DNA of 64,000 nucleotides. Origin: Somniosus microcephalus (Eukaryota). The position numbers and the translations under genes are program-made. Location of the stretch: positions 9,362,001-9,426,000 of the forward strand of contig CM126234.1 in the NCBI GenBank assembly GCA_052327205.1. Reading direction: 5' to 3'. The notes below the pieces were generated by a model. It did no database searches. It saw nothing but the letters and a program-made list of their open reading frames with translations, and was not told where the DNA came from. This document shows positions 25,607 through 37,689 of this stretch, in pieces (position 1 is the stretch's first letter; each line of letters begins with the position of its first letter).

Positions 25607-27262
25607 GTAAGTACCTGAATGATCCTTGTATGGAAGTTAACAATAAAAAAGTGATAGATGCCACTATAGCAGCACAAAGTTACTGAGCAACCCTGCCTCA
25701 CACTGAAAGGAAAAGCTATCAACCAGTTGACCTACTTCAGTATTTGTACAACAATAGGATAGACTTTTTAGGAACAGGAGGCCAGTCACACTAAAACACA
25801 TCCCTATTTGGCAGATCTTAACTCTATCTGCCTACTTTGTCACTATAACACTTCTGCAGAGCACAGAGCGGTCTGCACAGAGCGGGATTAAATGGAGTGG
25901 ACTTGAACAGAGTGTTTTATTTGGGAATTTGGAAAGAGTGGGAATTTGGAGAAGGGGGGGAAGGAGTTGCTGCTTTTTGCCTACACTACGTGTAGTGTTT
26001 TGTGTTACAGGTAGATATTTAATTTCAGTACCCATAATTTAATTTAGATCAAGTAAGTAGTCAAGAATCTACACTGTAAACTAAGTTACCTAATTACAAA
26101 TGTAATTAAATGTAATTAAATAAAACAAGGTCATATAGGGATGGCAGTGCAGGCGGTGTGCCACAACTGCAGCATGTGGGAGTTTGTGGAGAGCATTGTG
26201 ATCCCGGACAACCACGTTTGCAGTAAGTGCCTGCATCTTGAGGAACTTCAGCTCAGAGTTTTTGAGCTGGAGTCTGAGGTGCAGACATTGCGGGGCATCA
26301 GGGAGGGGGGGAGTTACCTGGACACTTTGATCCAGGAGGCAGTCACACCCCTTGGGTTAGGTAGTGGTACAGGTCTGGTTAGTGGTCAGGGACAGGAGGG
26401 TGTGACTGCAACTCAGGCAGGTAAGTGGACCCCAGGTGCAGTGCTGGAGGAGCCTCAGCCTTTGAGCTTGTCCAACAGGTATGAGGTTCTTGCTACCTGT
26501 GTGGATGAGGGAAAAGCCTGCAGGATGGATGAGCAATTTGACCATGGCACCATGGTGCAGGAGGCCATTCAAGTAGAGTCAGTGAAAGGGAATGTAGTTG
26601 TGGTAGGAGACAGTATAGTCAGGGGGATAGATACTGTTCTCTGCAGCCGCGACCAAGAGTTCCGAAGGCTGTGTTGCCTGCCCGGGTTAAAGACATCTCC
26701 GTGTGGCTAGAGAAGAACTTGGAGTGGAAGGGGGAGGATCCAGTTGTCGTGGTCCACATAGGAACCAATGACATAGGTAGAACTAAGTATGAGGTTCTGC
26801 TGAGGGAGTTTGAGGAGCTAGGATTCAAATTAAAAAGCAGAACCTCACAGGTAATAATCTCTGGATTTTTACCTGAGCCACGCACAAATTGGCATAGGGA
26901 AAAACAGATTAGAGGTTTAAATGCGTGGCTCAAAGAGTGGCGTGGGAGGAAGGGGTTTCAGTTCATGGGGCACTGGCACCAGTACTGGGGAAAGAGGGAG
27001 CTGTTCCGTTGGAACGGGCTCCACTTAAACTGGACTGGGACCAGTGCCCTGGCGAACCGAATAACTAGGGCAGTAGACAGGGCTTTAAACTAATGAAGGG
27101 GGGGGAGGGTTGGGGGCGGAAGGATTCAGGGAAGAGTACATTTAAAAGCAGCGAGAGAAATGTCAAGGCTCTAGAGCAGAGTAGAGTTTTGGGTAAAAAT
27201 AAGCAGAGTGGGTCAGGAAGGGACAGAGAGAGTAACAAAGGTAATAAGGCATCAGTGACTAA

Positions 27263-27633
27263 TAATAATAATAATTCAACTTTATTGTCATTGCACAAGT
27301 ACATGAACAACGAAATGTGATCTTGCAAGCTCCCATGAGTCCAGTACAAATAACATTAACATTAAACGTAAATAGCACCGTCCTGGGAGAAGCAAAGCCG
27401 CTGCGTCTGTGCGCGCCGCCATTCCATTTCCACCTTTCCTCCTGTCCGACAATCTTCAGCCCAACGCCCGGGCCTGCTCACCAGCCGCCCCTCCCGGGGC
27501 TCCTTCCGTGACTTTCTCACCAACCGCCCCTCCTCGGGGCTCCTTCCGTGACCTTCTGCACCTGGTCTTCCCTGATGGTCACCCCTCCAGGTACTAACCA
27601 GGCCTGGCTCTGCTTAGCTTCCAAGCCTTGCCA
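27263..27633 (-). mobile_element. 5S rRNA-derived SINE (SINE3 type) with GC-rich body and Rex1-like 3' tail, nested in the CR1
   Basis: The reverse complement of 27552-27625 aligns to the 3' two-thirds of 5S rRNA. Tail CATTTCGTTGTTCATGTACTTGTGCAATGACAATAAAGTTGAA(TTA)n. It is absent from the sister CR1 copy at ~961-970. Confidence 0.85.
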
Positions 27634-28160
27634 GTGACATCAGGGAAAAATAGAAATAAGTCAAAGCTAAAGGCACTATATCTGAATGCACGAAGCATTC
27701 ACAACAAAATAGGTTAATTAATAGCGCAGATAGAAATTAACAGGATTGATCTAATAATAGCTATAATGGAGACGTGGTTGCAAAGTGGCCAAGGTTGGGA
27801 ATAAATATTCCAGGATACTTAACTTTTAGAAGAGATAGGCAAAATGGAAAAGGAGGAGGGGTAGCCCTGATAATAAAGGATGGGATAAAGACAGTAAAGT
27901 GAAAGGATCTTAGCTCCGAAAATCAAGAAGTAGAATCAGTTTGGGTGGAGCCAATAAACAGCAAGGGGCAGAAAACATTGGTGGGAGTTGTTTATAGGCC
28001 CCCAAACAGTAGTTGTAATATAGGGCAGAGTATAAATCAGGAAATTAGAGGCACATGTAACAAAGGTAATACAGTAATCATGGGGAACCTTAATCTACAT
28101 ATAGACTGGGCAAACCAAATTTGCAGTAATAGTGTGGAGGACGAATTCATAGAATGTATG

Positions 28161-28388
28161 TGACGTAAGAAAACTACTAGGCACTTGGTCTAAGCGTTAA
28201 ACAAAGCTTTAATCAACTGTTTTACAACATGGAGATCTAGTTGTGTCCTACACTATTCCTGTAAAAGAATGTTCTGAGCAATCTGGGCCCATGCCCAAGT
28301 ATTTATACTCTCCCTGGACAGCGCCACCAGCAGGCCATCCAGTATTATTTCATAAGTCATTTCCACATGAAGGACAAGATTCATTTCA
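28161..28388 (-). mobile_element. Solo LTR, 228 bp, nested in CR1 ORF2
   Basis: TG...CA termini and a 5-bp TSD GTATG (28156-28160 and 28389-28393). Removing it restores EFIECMQDSFL. TATAAATA then ATTAAA on the minus strand. Confidence 0.8.
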
Positions 28389-31300
28389 GTATGCAAGATA
28401 GTTTTCTAGATCAGTATGTTGAGGAACCAACTAGGGAACAGGCTATTTTAGATCTAGTATTTTGCAACAAGAAAGGGTTCATTAATAACCTTGTAGTAAA
28501 AGGGCCTTTAGGGAAGAGTGACCATAATATGATAGAATTTTATATTGAGTTTGAAAGTGATTTAGTTAACTCCAAAACTAGGGTCTTAAATCTAAACAAA
28601 GCAAACTACGTAGGTATGAGGGGTGAGTTGGCTAAGGTAGATTGGGAAACTACATTGAAAGGTACAATGGTAGAGAAGCAATGGCTAGCGTTTAAAGAAT
28701 TAATACATAATTTACAGCAAGTATACATTCCTTTAAGACACAAAAACCCCACAGGAAAAGTGGTCCAACCATGGCTAACAAGAGAAGTTAAAGATAGTAT
28801 TAGATCAAAGGAAGAGGCTTATAATGTTGCCAAAAAGAGTAGTAAGCCTGAGGATTGGGAGGATTTTAGAATTCAGCAAAGGAGGACCAAGAAATTGATA
28901 AAGAAAGGGAAAATAGAATGAGAGTAAACTAGCGAGAGACATAAAAACAGACTGTGTAAAAGCTTCTATAGGTATGTAAAAAGGCAAAGATTAGTGAAAG
29001 TAAATGTGGGTCCCTTACAGGCTGAGACAGGAGAAATTATAATGGGGAATAAGGAAATGGCAGAGAAATTAAACAAATACTTTCTGTCTGTCTTCACGGA
29101 AGAAGACGCAAAAAACTTCCCGGAAATAGTGGAGAACCAAGGCTCTAACAAGAATGAGGAACTGAAAGAAATTAGTATTATTTAAAAAATGGTACTGGAG
29201 AAATTAATGGGACTGAAAGCCAATAAATCCCCTGGACCTGAGGGCCTACATCCTAGGGTTTTGAAAGAGGTGGATATAGAGATAGTGGATGCATTGGTTG
29301 TCATGTTCCAAAATTCCATAGATTCTAGAAAGGTTCCTGCGGATTGGAAGGTAGCAAATGTAACCCCACTATTCAAGAAAGGAGGGAGAGAAAACGGGGA
29401 ACTGCAGACGAATTAGCCTGACATCAGTAGTAGGGAAAATGCTAGAATCTATTATTATGGACGACAGGGCTCTTAGAAAATAATAATAGGATTGGGCAGA
29501 GTCAACACGGATTTATGAAAGGGAAATCGTGTTTGACGAATCTGTTAAGAGTTTTTTGAGGTTGTAACTAGCAGCATAGATAAGGGGGAACCAGTGGATG
29601 TGGTGTATTTGGATTTTCAGAAGGCATTCGATAAGGTGCCACACAAGAGGTTATTAAACAAACTTAGGGCTCATGGGATTGGGGGTAATATATTAGCATG
29701 GATTGAGGATTGGTTAACAGACAGAAAATAGAGAGTAGGAATAAATGGGTCATTTTTGGGTTGGCAGGCTGTAACTAGTGCGGTACCGCAAGGATCAGTG
29801 CTTGGGCCTCAGTTATTCACAATCTACATCAATGATTTGGATGAGGGGACCAAATGTAATCTATCCAAGTTTGCTGATGATACAAAGCTGGGTGGGAATG
29901 TAAGTTGTGAGGAGGATGTAAAGAGGCTTCTAGGGGATATGGGCAGACTAAGTAAATGGGCAAGAACATGGCAAATGGAATATAATGTGGAGAAATGTGA
30001 AGTTATCCACTTTGGCAGGAGAAATAGAAAAGCAGAGTATTTTTTAAATGGTGAGAGATTGGGAAATGTTGGTGTTCAGAGGGACCTGGGTGTCCTTGTA
30101 CACGAATCACTGAAAGTTAACATGCAGGTTCAGCAAGCAATTAGGAAAGCAAATGGTATGTTGGCCTTTATTACAAGACGATTTGAATATAAGAGTAAAG
30201 ATGTCTTACTGCAATTATATAGGGCCTTGGTGAGACCACACCTGGAGTATTGTGGACAGTTTTGGTCTCCTTACCTAAGGAAGGATATACTTGCCATAGA
30301 GGAAGTGCAACGAAGGTTCACCAGACTGGTTCCTGGGATGGGGGGATTGTCCTATGAGGAGAGATTGAGTAGACTAGGTCTATATTCTCCAGTTTAGAAG
30401 AATGAGAGGTGATCTCATTGAAACATACAAAATTCTTACAGGGCTTGACAGGGTAGATGCAGAGAGGATGTTTCCCCTGGCTGGGGAGTTTAGAACTAGG
30501 GGTCACAGTCTCAGAATAAGGGGTCGGCCATTTAGGACTGAGATGAGGAGAAATTTCTTCATTCAGAGGGTGGTGAATCTTTGGAATTCTCTACCCCAGA
30601 GGGCTGTGGAGGCTCAGTCATTGAGTATATTCAAGACAGAAATTGATATAATAGTAAGGGAATCAAGGGATATGGGGATAGTGCAGGAAGGTGGAGATGG
30701 GGTAGAAGATCAACCATGATCTCATTGAATGGCGGAGCAGACTCGAGGAGCCAAATGGACGACTCCTGCTCCTATTTCTTATGTTCTATAATCCCTCAAT
30801 CTTTGCTAAATTCACCAGATGGCTAAGTCAGCTTATCCGGTGAGTAGTTTAGTAATACCAACCAAGCCACCAGATTCAGTCTCCAGGTCTGTGCTGAGTT
30901 CGCTGATTTCAGCTGGGGCACTGGTAGCGGCACTACCGTTGTCCTGATACCCTTAAGTTAGGGAGGGGTAAAGTGGCCAAGGTTCCCGCTCTCCAATGAA
31001 TCTTGGGGGTGAACCGTGGAACCATATTCCAATGAGGAGCCTTCAGAATATGGTTCCACGGTTCACCTTCCAATGAACCTTCAGAAAAGAGGGAAAAAAG
31101 CAACTCACTTTGTTTATCTCTTGAGCCCATTAACACTGTCTGCTTCAATGTCCTTCCCTGGAAACTTAATCTACAACTCGATAACATTTTGGATGAAGCA
31201 GTTCCCTCTGTACTCTTAATTTCCTAAATTTTAACTTGTTTCCCCTGGGATTTGAACTCTTCCCAAGTGACTGTGGCAAATCTATTGAATGTTCATCTTA

Positions 31301-31814
31301 ATCATATTTATCTGAAATGCCATATTCGCACCTTGAACCTCAATCAGTTTTCGGTTCAGGGTACCCTTTAATGTTAAGACTGACTGTTGCTCTTCTCCCC
31401 TATCTCCATTGCTGAACTCCATTCGTAATTATATGGGGATCTGTCAACAGCTCTGGTCTAAGGTTTCTCACGATACCTAACTCCTCCATTAGCAGCTTTA
31501 GATTTTTCAAATACAATAAAAATTCATCTTAAGTAGATTTTGTTTTCGAAAGCCACACAAACCCTTACCGATTCTCTCCTGCTAATGAGCAAGAAATCTA
31601 GTTGATTTTCTCCCTCTCTAAATGCAGGGGTGCTGAGGTCAATTGCAGTGCCCCTAATGCCTCACTGGCTGAGATCAGCTCGCACAACAGACTGCAGATT
31701 TACCTGGAACCTTCCTGGTCTGTATTGTTCAGGCTAATGAGAAGGAATTCATAGATATTATGTGCAGTTGTGAGACTCTTCACAGTTTGACTCTTTCTTT
31801 CCCTTCTCTTACAG

Positions 31815-32057
31815 TTCAGCTATGGCGATGGTAGTCTGACAGCCAACACTGCTGCCATTCAGATGACCTTCCTGCGTCTGCTTTCCACTGAGGCCTCCCA
31901 GAACATCACCTATCACTGCAAGAACAGCATTGCCTACATGGATAGAGCTACTGGCAACCTGAAGAAGGCCCTCCTATTGCAAGGCTCGAACGACATCGAA
32001 ATCAGAGCTGAAGGAAACAGCAGGTTCACATACACTGTCTTGGAGGATGGTTGCACG
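31815..32057 (+). CDS. col2a1: Collagen alpha-1(II) C-propeptide exon, 243 bp
   Basis: ag|[38 protein letters not shown]...VLEDGCT|gt. Confidence 0.98.
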
Positions 32058-32668
32058 GTACGTTTTGGGAATTTATTTCTAATTAAAGTTAATAAGAAAA
32101 TATTAAATAGAACTACAGTGCATGCAAGACAGAGATGTGTCTCCTTTGGGATGTGAGGCATGCAACTTCTATTCTAACATTTATAGAATAAGTAAATTTA
32201 CAAGCCAGTGAGCTCTAGTGGTAGAACATTGCAGTCTCATTCTGAGGGGCTTGCATCTGAATGCAACCATATGGCCACTCAGACACAATTACTATCTTGG
32301 GGAAAACTTGGGACACCTTAGACAGGTTGCAGGAGGAACTGACTCACGACAGCAGAGAACTCCACCAGGGACTGAGGGTGAGAATAAATTAATTGGGCGT
32401 CCTGCCCATTGCAAAGGATATGCCTGTCGGCTAATACAAAGCAATGGTGACCAGGACTCTGGGCATCCTCCCTTTATGGCTGCTGGAGAAACATTGAGGC
32501 AGGAAAACCAGAATAAATGAGGGGGAGGAAATGATTATCAGTAATGTTTGAAAAAAACAAAGACTTCAAGATGTTGCATTTCAGTTAACACTGTCATTAC
32601 TGGAGATGTATCAGTTTCATTTGGATTGTGAGTTTACAACCAAAAATATCTTTATTGTACTTTTTCAG

Positions 32669-32815
32669 AAACATACTGGCAAGTGGGGCAAGACAGTCAT
32701 TGAATACAGATCACAGAAAACAACCCGTCTGCCCATTGTGGATGTTGCACCTTTGGATATTGGTGGTTCAGAACAGGAATTTGGTGTTGACATTGGTGCA
32801 GTCTGCTTCTTGTAA
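32669..32815 (+). CDS. col2a1: Collagen alpha-1(II) last coding exon
   Basis: ag|[48 protein letters not shown]. Confidence 0.98.
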   Translation, partial: KHTGKWGKTVIEYRSQKTTRLPIVDVAPLDIGGSEQEFGVDIGAVCFL

Positions 32816-34210
32816 AATAATAAGGACCTCAGTACTTTCCAATCACTTCTAGGACTTCTGCACTGAATGGCTGATCCAATCCATCACTCCATTCATCCAC
32901 ACGCTTACATTTTGGACTTCATGGCCTAGCTGGACAGACTGTGAAAACGGTTAATTTATTTATTATTTTCCTGTAAGATCTTCAGGTCAGGTGGAAGTGT
33001 TACTGATATCTGTTGAAGGCCCTCCCCTGGATTGTACCAGCACAGGTATTACTAATATTCATGCCGTACCAGTCTGTAAAAAGGTTACTAGCAGGAGACT
33101 GTGTAAAATATCAAAAAATGGTGCTATGTTGTAAAACCAGTCTGTAACATGGAGAACAATTGATATAAAAAATGTGGAAAGTACAAGTTGATCTGGGCTT
33201 TTTTATTGTGGATTTTTTTTGCAGACTTTGAGAGATTCTAACTGCTCCAGTATCTAACTTTGCCTGCCCTCTTTTTCTATCAAGATGAAGGAAGTTTGGA
33301 ACAACAATCTAGAACTTCCCCAGTTTAAGCTACCTCACACTAATGATCTTGAAGGGACTAAACACACAATAGCAGGGGCAGAAGCTGGAAAAAAAAGTCC
33401 CGACAATCACTCTTATTTCCAATTTAATTAAAAAAAGGTGCTCCTTTTTTTGGCTTCTGGTTTCTCCTTCTGTGGCAGTTTAGTGAACTAGAGGGATCCA
33501 GTCAAGATTTGATGGTGCTGAATAAAACGATTCTGAAGCTGCCATTTGCAGTGTTGCAGAATTGTAACACCAACTTAACATCCGGTCACTTTTATAAAGA
33601 ACAAAATCAGTATTGCAGCAAAAAATTCTAAGTGGATGATGTGTGGTCTGATCTCCAACCAAATCTGGTGAAAACCATTCACAGAATTTTTTTCCCTATG
33701 TTTTCCAAAGTTAGGCATGTGGATAAAATTAATCCTTTTTTTTTTCTCCTACAACCTATTTTTCTCCCTACTTCCATGCATTTCTTGCTTTCATGCAACC
33801 TTTTTCTTGTAACTAGAGGGGGAAAAAAAAGAGGTAGGCTTTCTTGGGGGGCAAAACAAACCAAGGATATGTACTATTTTGTATATGTAAAATAGTTCAA
33901 ATGTTTTTAAATATTTTGCAATACTGGTTTTAAGCATGGTAGATTAGAACATTCCCATCACAACACTAATGATCTTGTTCCTTGTGAAAAAGATTCTGTC
34001 ACTTTGTACTTTTTTCTCAACCCACTACCCCTCCTCTGCAGCAATAAAGATAGAAAGCTTTTCTATAAAAAAAAACACATTTGTTTTGAATTTTTTTATT
34101 TGTATTAAATCCATCCTATGATGTATCATTGTTGAATGTTTATCTATTCTGGGATATTTCATGAAAGAAAAATGAAACGACACAAATAAAACCTAATTAA
34201 AAAAAGTACC
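32816..34210 (+). promoter_or_regulatory. col2a1: col2a1 3' UTR with miRNA seed matches and candidate polyA signals
   Basis: TGCACTGA at 32859-32866 (miR-148/152 8mer) and TGGTGCTA at 33119-33126 (miR-29 8mer). AATAAA at 33521, 34043 and 34185. The true 3' end is not determined. Confidence 0.65.
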
Positions 34211-36739
34211 CACCATGGTTTCAGCTGTTTTTTGATCCAAAATGTTACTCACCGTGCCCTGCATTCAGGGCTCTGTCGGTAGGACAGAATCAAAGAGACG
34301 TAGCCCCTTTAATTCCTGACCAAATGTTTTTTTTCCTCCCCATTTTTCTTCCCCTCCTGACTCTCCCCACCAAGCCCAAGGGGTCATTCTCCATGTGTCA
34401 ACCCAGAAGGTGAGTGTCGTCGGGTAGGTCTTGTCCTCACCCAATGGCGCAGAGGATGCTGGATAGCAAGCCAGAGCAGGAATCCCGACTTATTTTGTCT
34501 CCTCCCCAGACCAGCCCATAGACACAAATTGTAGTTCCCCAACTGCTATGCCAGCTGGTATCAGCTAACTCAGCAGAGACCAGGAGCAAATCCTAGGTCT
34601 GTGGCCACTAGGTGTTGGGAGAGCTCCATACCAAAACAATTCAACAGGATTTAGTCCCTAAAAGGCATGTAGTTTAATATAGAAAGAAAGGGAGCAAGTG
34701 TAAGCTAACCCACCCGTCGAGAAACTGGCCAGATCTGGTGCAATGCTGATTTCACAGCCTGCCCGATTTTACTCTCCAGGGAAGTCAATATTGGGCGAGG
34801 TGTAAAACTGGCGTTCCACCTGATCCCATGGGTTTCCTGTCCGGTGAGTTAGATTAAAATTACCCCCAAAGTTTCAGTACAACGTCTACAGAGTGACTGA
34901 ACTGAATCCAGAATGAATTGCAAGCTGCGTTTATGAATGAGTTTATAATAAAATCTTTGGCAGATTGTAAAGCTCCAATATTCCCTATGCATGAATTCAG
35001 CAGAGGAATGAGAATCTGTTGGGGAAGACAGAATTAAATAATGTTGGTGTAAATCTCTCGTTTTAACTACTAACAGTACACTGTTTTCAATTCTGTTAGG
35101 TAATGAATCCCTTAATAAAACTGTAATGATCAAAATGTTTCAGGTCCTGTCTTGTACCATGCTGTAGAGTTTTGGCCTATGTTTTGCCATCTTACTTGCT
35201 TCCAATCTTGACTGGTCCATTTGAGTAGCAGCAAGTCCAGACAGGCAGGGAAGGGTTTGGAAAACTGGCCAGTTATAGGGCAGGATATTTCACTGCCCTC
35301 TCACCTGGGGAATAATGGGCATCGTGGGGCAGTAAAATAATTTCCTTAAAATGCCAGTTAATGTAGAGATGTAATGTCATTTGTATAATTCTATAATGCT
35401 TACAAGAGATGATGATGTTCTTGGATTATTAGCTGCCAAAATAGGTTATTCTTGTACTTTGCAGATAATCAATTAACCAGTTCTGCTGTCAGTTTTGAGG
35501 CTATGTGTTCTGTAAGAAACTGTATGCAAACATTAAGGGCTGTAAGGAACCTACTAAGTGAGCTATGAATAAGCAACATTACAAAGGTAGGTGCAAAATG
35601 ACTTACGCATCCCTGACATTATAGCTAATGTTTGACCCCCCCCACCCCCCAAATGGTTTGCGATCACAAGATAATTCAACCTTTTGTCAATTGGTGCTGT
35701 TTCACCGGCTTTCGATTAACTGTTTCCAGATGTCATTAGTGTACGCTCAGCCGGACTCCCAATGGGTCTATTCAGCCCATGACCTCATGGAGGAAAGGAA
35801 GCTAGGGGGCCATTTTATGAGCATAGTTCCTTGCGGCAGTGCATGCTCACAAAATGTAGGCCCTAATTTCAGCAATAATATTTCAAGGCATAGGCGTAAA
35901 TCCCACAAAATAGGATAGGGTTGAAACTCAAGGAATCTTTAAAACACAGAAGCAGTCTCCTGTTTGAGTGTTGAAACTGAAATATGGAGGTCAAGCTACG
36001 GTCATTAAATAAACAGGTGGCAGAGGAATTTAAAAAAAACCATCTCGGCCTGAATTTATGACTATTCAACCTGGGAAATAGCTAACTGATTAGTATTTAA
36101 GGGTGAAAAGGCCAGATAGTGCTATTGCAGTGGGAACGATGCATGGCCATTCTGGCAGATATTCATCACAAGGTGAGATGACATAAAGGGCTTCCATTTG
36201 GTATAAACAGGAGAGAAGGAGTGTAAAGCCTCAGTTCAACCAATAGCCTTGAGCTCCTGCTGTATGGAATGAGGAAAAAGGGTTACCCTGATTGGCACTC
36301 AAGGGCACCCTCCCTAGGAGGGGGGAGAAAAAAAAAGAGCGGCTTGCAGTGCCTGGCGGGAGATAGCCGAACAGGGTGATTGTTACTCTCTGCAACGCCC
36401 AGGGAAGCCGACTGCAAATATGGACGATGGTGACAGACCCAAGAGAATGTGTCAGTGTAATACTAGCCAGCAGTTTCCAATAGAAGCATCTGTTTCAAGT
36501 ATCTACAGCATAAAGTGCGTTCTCCGAATCAGTTACTCTTGCGCTGCTCACCCTACCAAAGCTTGTGCAATCTTACTGGCCTTTGAATGGCCATGTATAT
36601 TAACCAGTGCAGAATGGCACACATACAGGCTGCAACTTGCAACTGTTGTCACAGAAAATCCAGTCCCATGTCACTGTATAAATGTAGATTGCAATAAAAA
36701 TCTAGCTTTGTATATAGTTTAAGCAGTCTGTATAAATGA

Positions 36740-37200
36740 AAAAAGACTTGCTTTTAGATAGCACCTGTCAGGATCTCAATGGCCCAAAGTACTTTACAGC
36801 CAATGAAATATGTCAAGTGTAATCAGTGTTGTAATATAAAAGAAACAGCAGCCAATTTGCGCACAGCAAGGTCCCACAAACAGCATGGAGGTAATGGCCA
36901 GATTGTGTTTTTGATGTTGGTTGAGATAAAATATTAGCCAGGCAACAGGGGAAGAACGCCCCTTTTCTTCAACATTGTCATGGGATCTACATCCACCTCC
37001 GACCTTTTACAACCACCCGAGGGCAGACGCAGCCTTGGTTTAATGTTTCATCTGGAAAACGGCACCTCCAACAGTGCAGTATTCTCTCAGCACTACACCG
37101 GAGTGTCTGCCTAGATTATGTGCTCAAGTCCCTGGAGTGAGACTTGAACCCACAACCTTCTGATGCAAGTGGTTAACATGCTACTCAAGAGTCACTGCTG
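36740..37200 (-). mobile_element. DeuSINE (SacSINE1-like), full length
   Basis: Runs from the AAAGACTTGC tail through the Deu domain to the tRNA head GACTTGAACCCACAACCTTCTGA. Confidence 0.8.
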
Positions 37201-37689
37201 AATACTTTGCTGGAAAGCTACAGTACATGTATCCTTGTAAATGACACCCACTGTACAACTCTCACTGAATTGAAAATGTCTTATGTCTGCAATCAATTTG
37301 CTGTGATTGGCAGGCACAGGATGGAGGAATGAGAGCAAACAATAAGGAAGGGTGAAAGACAGAATGTGATTGAAAAAGTTTGCATATGGTGCAAGATGGA
37401 TTTGATCAAAAGACTAAACTAATTTTCTACTTTTACATTCCTGGTACATTCCAGAAGCATAATCACTAAATTGCACACAGCTTGAGACTTTCCATCCAAT
37501 AAGCAATTTACTTCAGAACACATTCTGGGACCATGCTTCATGGGAGCTTAGCACCAAGACAAATTCTTCATAGTTTTAAGCAGCTTGTACTGAAATCGCC
37601 TCAAATCTAAGCCTGCCAGACTGAAAGCTGGATGGTCGAGAGCCATTGTTTCAATCTTGAACAAAGACAGCAGCAGAAACAGTAGCTCA

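Larger units (their letters stand above)
25849..30785 (+). mobile_element. Near full-length, inactivated CR1-clade LINE (ORF1 26141-27093 frameshifted; ORF2 APE-RT ~27640-30720 with stops and frameshifts)
   Basis: ORF1 has CxxC..CxxC, GDSIVRG, GTNDI and GLHLN. ORF2 has YLNARS, VYRPP, SDHN, QGSVLGP and FADD. 3' tail GACTCCTGCTCCTATTTCTTATGTT. Candidate TSD CTATAA at 25843-25848 and 30786-30791. Confidence 0.95.

Noticed and set aside
27552-27625. Functional 5S rRNA gene
   Set aside because: It lacks the first ~40 nt, has many substitutions and no T-run terminator, and is fused to a retroposon body and tail.
26141-30719. Active LINE or a domesticated esterase/RT gene
   Set aside because: ORF1 is frameshifted near 26680, ORF2 has multiple stops and frameshifts, and the element has two nested insertions.
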